Source: an uncultured Beijerinckiaceae bacterium (GTDB lineage Bacteria; Pseudomonadota; Alphaproteobacteria; Rhizobiales; Beijerinckiaceae). From it: DNA of 64,000 nt. Where the stretch lies: NCBI GenBank assembly GCA_964245015.1, contig CAXTMA010000001.1, forward strand, positions 383-64,382, written 5' to 3'. This document shows, in pieces, positions 60,871 through 64,000 of this stretch. Within the stretch, counting starts at the first letter, position 1, and each line of letters begins with the position of its first letter. The notes below the pieces were generated by a model. It was not told where the DNA came from, did no database searches, and worked only from the letters and a program-made list of their open reading frames with translations. The position numbers and the translations under genes were made by a program.

Positions 60871-61857
60871 ATGGCCGATGTCGTGTGCTTGGGCGAGATC
60901 CTGGTCGACCTGGTGCCGGCGGCAAGCGGCGCCAGCCTGGCCAACGCCGACACGCTGGTGAAGGCGGCCGGCGGCGCGCCGGCCAACGTCGCCGTCGGCC
61001 TCGCCCGGCTCGGCATCGCCTCCGCCTTCATGGGCAGCGTCGGGGCCGATGGTTTCGGCCGCTTCCTTGCCGATACGCTGGCTGTCGAGGGCGTCGACGT
61101 GTCCGGCCTGCGGGTGAGCGCGACGGCACCGACCGCGCTGGCGGCCGTGTCGCTGGCCGCCGATGGCGAGCGCGACTTCATTTTTTACGGGACGCCCGCC
61201 GCCCACACCACCTTCGCGCCCTCCGACATCAACGAGTAAGTGCTGCGCGGCGCCTCCGTCCTGCACTTCGGCTCGATCAGCCTCGCCCACGAGCCGGCGC
61301 GGGCGGCGACGTTGCGGGCGGTGGCGATCGCCCGCGCGCGGGGCCTGCGCATCAGCTTCGATCCCAACCTGCGCCTCCCCCTGTGGCCGGACGCGGCGGC
61401 GGCGGCGGACGCGATGCGCCTCGGTCTCGCCGAGGCGGAAGTCGTCAAGATCGCCGACAACGAGGTCCAGTTCCTGACCAGCTCGTGCGACCTGATCGAG
61501 GGCGCGCGGGCGCTCTGGCACCCCCGCCTGCGTCTGATGGTGGTGACATCGGGCGCCAAGGGCGCGCTGTGGCTAACGGAAGAGGCCGAGGGCGCCGAGC
61601 CGGGCTTCCCCGTGTCGGCGGTGGATGCTACCGGCGCCGGTGACGCCTTCACAGCCGCCCTGCTCGCCGCGCTCGTGCGCGATCCCGAGCCGCAGCATGC
61701 CGGCCTGTACCGGGGCGGCGAGCCGCTGCGGCGCGCCATCCGCTTCGCCGCCGCCGCCGGCGCCCTCACCGCCAGCAGCCGCGGCGCCATTCCCTCGCTG
61801 CCCTCGCAAGTAACGGTGAAGCAGTTCCTGCGCGAGCGCGGCTTTCCTGCCGGGTAA
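60871..61857 (+). pseudogene. PfkB-family carbohydrate kinase (fructokinase-like) interrupted by an in-frame TAA at 61237-61239
   Basis: Track ORFs 60871-61239 and 61240-61857 share one frame and together give a full PfkB protein. Motifs: GGAPANVAVGLARLG, SFDPNLRLPLW, VDATGAGDAFTAALL. ...FAPSDINE*VLRGASVLHFGSISL is broken by a single TAA. Confidence 0.75.
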
Positions 61858-62083
61858 CGTCGTCAATCCCGTGTTTGCAGGACTGACCCGGTGTCATGAA
61901 ATGTAACGTGAATTGATTGCGGCCTAACTCTTTGGAATTTCAGCAGGATCAATATTTCGCCATGTTTCCGCCGTGGGGAGAAGGCGGGCGTGTCTTCCCT
62001 GCTCTTGTCGGCATCGGCGGCGATGGTATCCCTCGATGAAACCCGAGAGCGGGGCCACCTCCGGCCGATTTCCAAGATTGCGA

Positions 62084-63475
62084 ATGACCGTGAAGAAACA
62101 AAAAAGCCTCGCCGACTTCGCCGAGAAGCGATACCGCCTCGCCGGCGGCACCTATCTCACCCGGCACAATCCCTTCTTCGTGCCGGTGGACAAGGCCCGT
62201 CGCGACGCCGAAGCGGCGGGCCGGCGCTTCGTGTCCTTCGCCAATTACGACTACCTCGGCCTGAGCAACCACCCCGCCGTGAAGGGCGCCGCGGCCGAGG
62301 CGCTCGACGTCGTCGGCATCGGCGCGCTGGCCTCGCGCCTCGTCGGCGGCGAGCGCGACAGCCACAAGGACCTGGAGCGGGCGCTGGCCGCGTTCGTCGG
62401 CACCGAGGAGGTGATGACGCTGGTGTCGGGCTACCTGACCAACGTCACCGTGATCTCGCACATCATGGGCTCGCGCGGCGTCATCTTCCTCGACGACCTC
62501 AGCCACAACAGCATCATCTCCGGCTGCAAAAGCTCGGGATCGGAGGTGGTGTTCTTCCGACACAACGACCTCGACCACCTCGATGCCCTTCTCGCCGAGC
62601 ACCGTCCGCTGCACCGCAGCGCCCTGATCGTGGCCGAGAGCCTGTTCTCGATGGACGGCGACGTCGTCGATCTGCCCCGCCTCGTCGAACTGAAGGCCAA
62701 GCACGACACCTGGCTGCTGCTGGACGAGGCCCACTCGATCGGCGTGCTCGGCGCTCATGGCCGCGGCCTGTGCGAATACACCGGCGTCGACCCCAACGAC
62801 GTCGACCTCATCATCGGCACGCTGTCGAAGAGCTTCGGCACCTGCGGCGGCTTCGTTTGCGCTCGCAAGCCTGTCATCAACTGGTTCCGCCATTGTCTTC
62901 CCGGTTTCGTCTACTCGGTCGGCCTGTCGCCGGTGATCAGCGCCGCCGCCCTGGCCGCGCTGCAACTCGTCCAGTCGGAAAGCTGGCGCCTCGCCCGGCT
63001 CGTGCGCAACGGCGAACTGTTCGTCGATCTGGCCCGCGAAGCCGGCCTCGACACCGGCCCGGCGATCGGCCGCGGCGTCGTCCCCATCCTGTTTCGCGAC
63101 AGCTACGAGACGCTGGCCGCCTCGCGCTACCTCGACGCCCACGGCTTCTACGTGCCGCCGATCATCCAGGTCGGCGTTCCCCGGGACCAGCCGCGGTTGC
63201 GCTTCTTCCTGTCGGCCGGGCATAGCGAGGCCGAGATCCACGCCGTCATCGACTGCCTCGTCGCCTTCCGCGCCCAATATGATGCCAAGGTGATGGCCGA
63301 TCTGATGGCGGCCGCCCTGATGCCGGCCGGCATGACGCAGATTCCGGCCTCGCTGCTGAACGACGGCATGATGGGCGAAGACGCGTTGAGCCGCGTGGCG
63401 ATGGATGAGGTGGCGATGAGCGATGCCATGATGGGCGAGGCGATGAGCGGCACGATGAGTTCGGCTGCGGCCTGA
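62084..63475 (+). CDS. alpha-oxoamine synthase family PLP enzyme (SPT/AONS/KBL-like) with Met-rich C-terminal tail
   Basis: Start at MTVKKQKSLADF. FANYDYLGLSNHPAV, SGYLTNV, LLLDEAHSIGVLG, PLP-Lys in GTLSKSFGTCGGF. The last ~60 aa hold 11 Met (AKVMADLMAAALMPAGMT...GMMGEDALSRVAMDEVAMSDAMMGEAMSGTMSS). Confidence 0.85.
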   Translation: MTVKKQKSLADFAEKRYRLAGGTYLTRHNPFFVPVDKARRDAEAAGRRFVSFANYDYLGLSNHPAVKGAAAEALDVVGIGALASRLVGGERDSHKDLERALAAFVGTEEVMTLVSGYLTNVTVISHIMGSRGVIFLDDLSHNSIISGCKSSGSEVVFFRHNDLDHLDALLAEHRPLHRSALIVAESLFSMDGDVVDLPRLVELKAKHDTWLLLDEAHSIGVLGAHGRGLCEYTGVDPNDVDLIIGTLSKSFGTCGGFVCARKPVINWFRHCLPGFVYSVGLSPVISAAALAALQLVQSESWRLARLVRNGELFVDLAREAGLDTGPAIGRGVVPILFRDSYETLAASRYLDAHGFYVPPIIQVGVPRDQPRLRFFLSAGHSEAEIHAVIDCLVAFRAQYDAKVMADLMAAALMPAGMTQIPASLLNDGMMGEDALSRVAMDEVAMSDAMMGEAMSGTMSSAAA

Positions 63476-63486
63476 GGCGAGGTCTG

Positions 63487-64000
63487 GTGTCGGTCGAGAT
63501 CGTTCCCGTCAAGGGGCTGGCCAAGTTCCTCGCCTTCTGCCGCCTGCCGCGGCAGCTCTACAAGGGCATGGATGGCTTTTCCCCGCCGCTCGACGCGGAG
63601 CGCTGGACCAACCATGCCGCCAAGTTCAACCCGCATTTCAAGTCGGTCGACTCGCAACGATTTCTCGCCCGCAGGGATGGCAGGTATGTCGGGCGCATCG
63701 CCGCCCAGGTTTACAAGAACGGGATCACGCCGGTCGGCGCCTCGCCGGCACAGTTCGGGGCGCTCGATGCCGTCGACGACCGCGAGGTCGTGGCCGCCCT
63801 GACCGTGGCGGCGGAAGGCTGGCTCGCCGGGCACGCCGGCCACCTTCCCGCCTTGATACACGGCCCGTTCTCGCCATCCATCAATTCCGAGCCCGGCATG
63901 CTGGTGGACGGCTTCACCTCGCTGCCGATGATCTTCATGCCCTGGACGCCGCCCTACCTGCCGCGCCATCTCGAGTCCTGCGGCTACGGCAAGGCGCGCG
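63487..64000 (+). CDS. GNAT-like N-acyltransferase family protein, N-terminal part (runs off window end)
   Basis: My translation from GTG 63487: VSVEIVPVKGLAKFLAFCRLPRQLYKGMDGFSPPLDAERWTNHAAKFNPHF...GRIAAQVY...FGALDAVDD...GPFSPSINSEPGMLVDGFTSLPMIFMPWTPPYLPRHLESCGYGKAR. No stop before 64000. Resembles a conserved alphaproteobacterial acetyltransferase-like family as I recall it. Confidence 0.5.
   Translation, partial: MSVEIVPVKGLAKFLAFCRLPRQLYKGMDGFSPPLDAERWTNHAAKFNPHFKSVDSQRFLARRDGRYVGRIAAQVYKNGITPVGASPAQFGALDAVDDREVVAALTVAAEGWLAGHAGHLPALIHGPFSPSINSEPGMLVDGFTSLPMIFMPWTPPYLPRHLESCGYGKAR

Overview
High-GC window (about two-thirds G+C by eye, with G/C-rich third codon positions). Gene content and a repeated palindromic intergenic element suggest a chromosomal segment from an alphaproteobacterium, probably Rhizobiales or Methylobacterium-like; that taxonomic call is inference. 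I found about 50 protein genes, almost all housekeeping or catabolic.

Main content, in order:
- An oxalate module: oxlT, oxc, frc, a PAS-only gene, a second frc paralog and a GntR regulator, preceded by a large hybrid sensor kinase.
- An oxidative-enzyme group: a P450, an epoxide-hydrolase-like alpha/beta hydrolase and a membrane-anchored catalase-related haem protein.
- Two LysR-linked redox gene pairs, a di-haem cytochrome c peroxidase and a chemoreceptor.
- A small glycosyltransferase plus ABC-2 exporter module.
- gluQ, the cyoABCD ubiquinol oxidase, a three-subunit molybdenum hydroxylase, divergent oxyR-katG, pal, an MMPL/RND exporter and glcE-glcF.
- An alpha-oxoamine synthase followed by a GNAT-like gene that runs off the window end.

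I found no rRNA, tRNA, CRISPR array, transposase, integrase, phage genes or recognisable defence system. I do not see a clear novel multi-gene system and say so plainly.

Observations worth a second look:
1. A composite palindromic intergenic repeat family at five loci (six units, one a tandem dimer), mostly at gene ends.
2. An identical AT-cored palindrome upstream of both oxlT and oxc, a candidate GntR operator.
3. Several decayed genes with no mobile element nearby: a pfkB kinase with an in-frame TAA, a FUSC-like gene with an in-frame TAG, a 5'-truncated sigma-54 activator, and SDR and TetR tail fragments.
4. A 13-bp x4 tandem repeat in a divergent promoter.
5. A catalase-related core fused to an N-terminal membrane domain.
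6. An alpha-oxoamine synthase with a Met-rich tail next to a GNAT-like acyltransferase, possibly for amino-lipid synthesis.
7. A 54-aa membrane ORF absent from the ORF track.

All family assignments rest on motifs read by eye. No database search was run, and start codons are my best choice.
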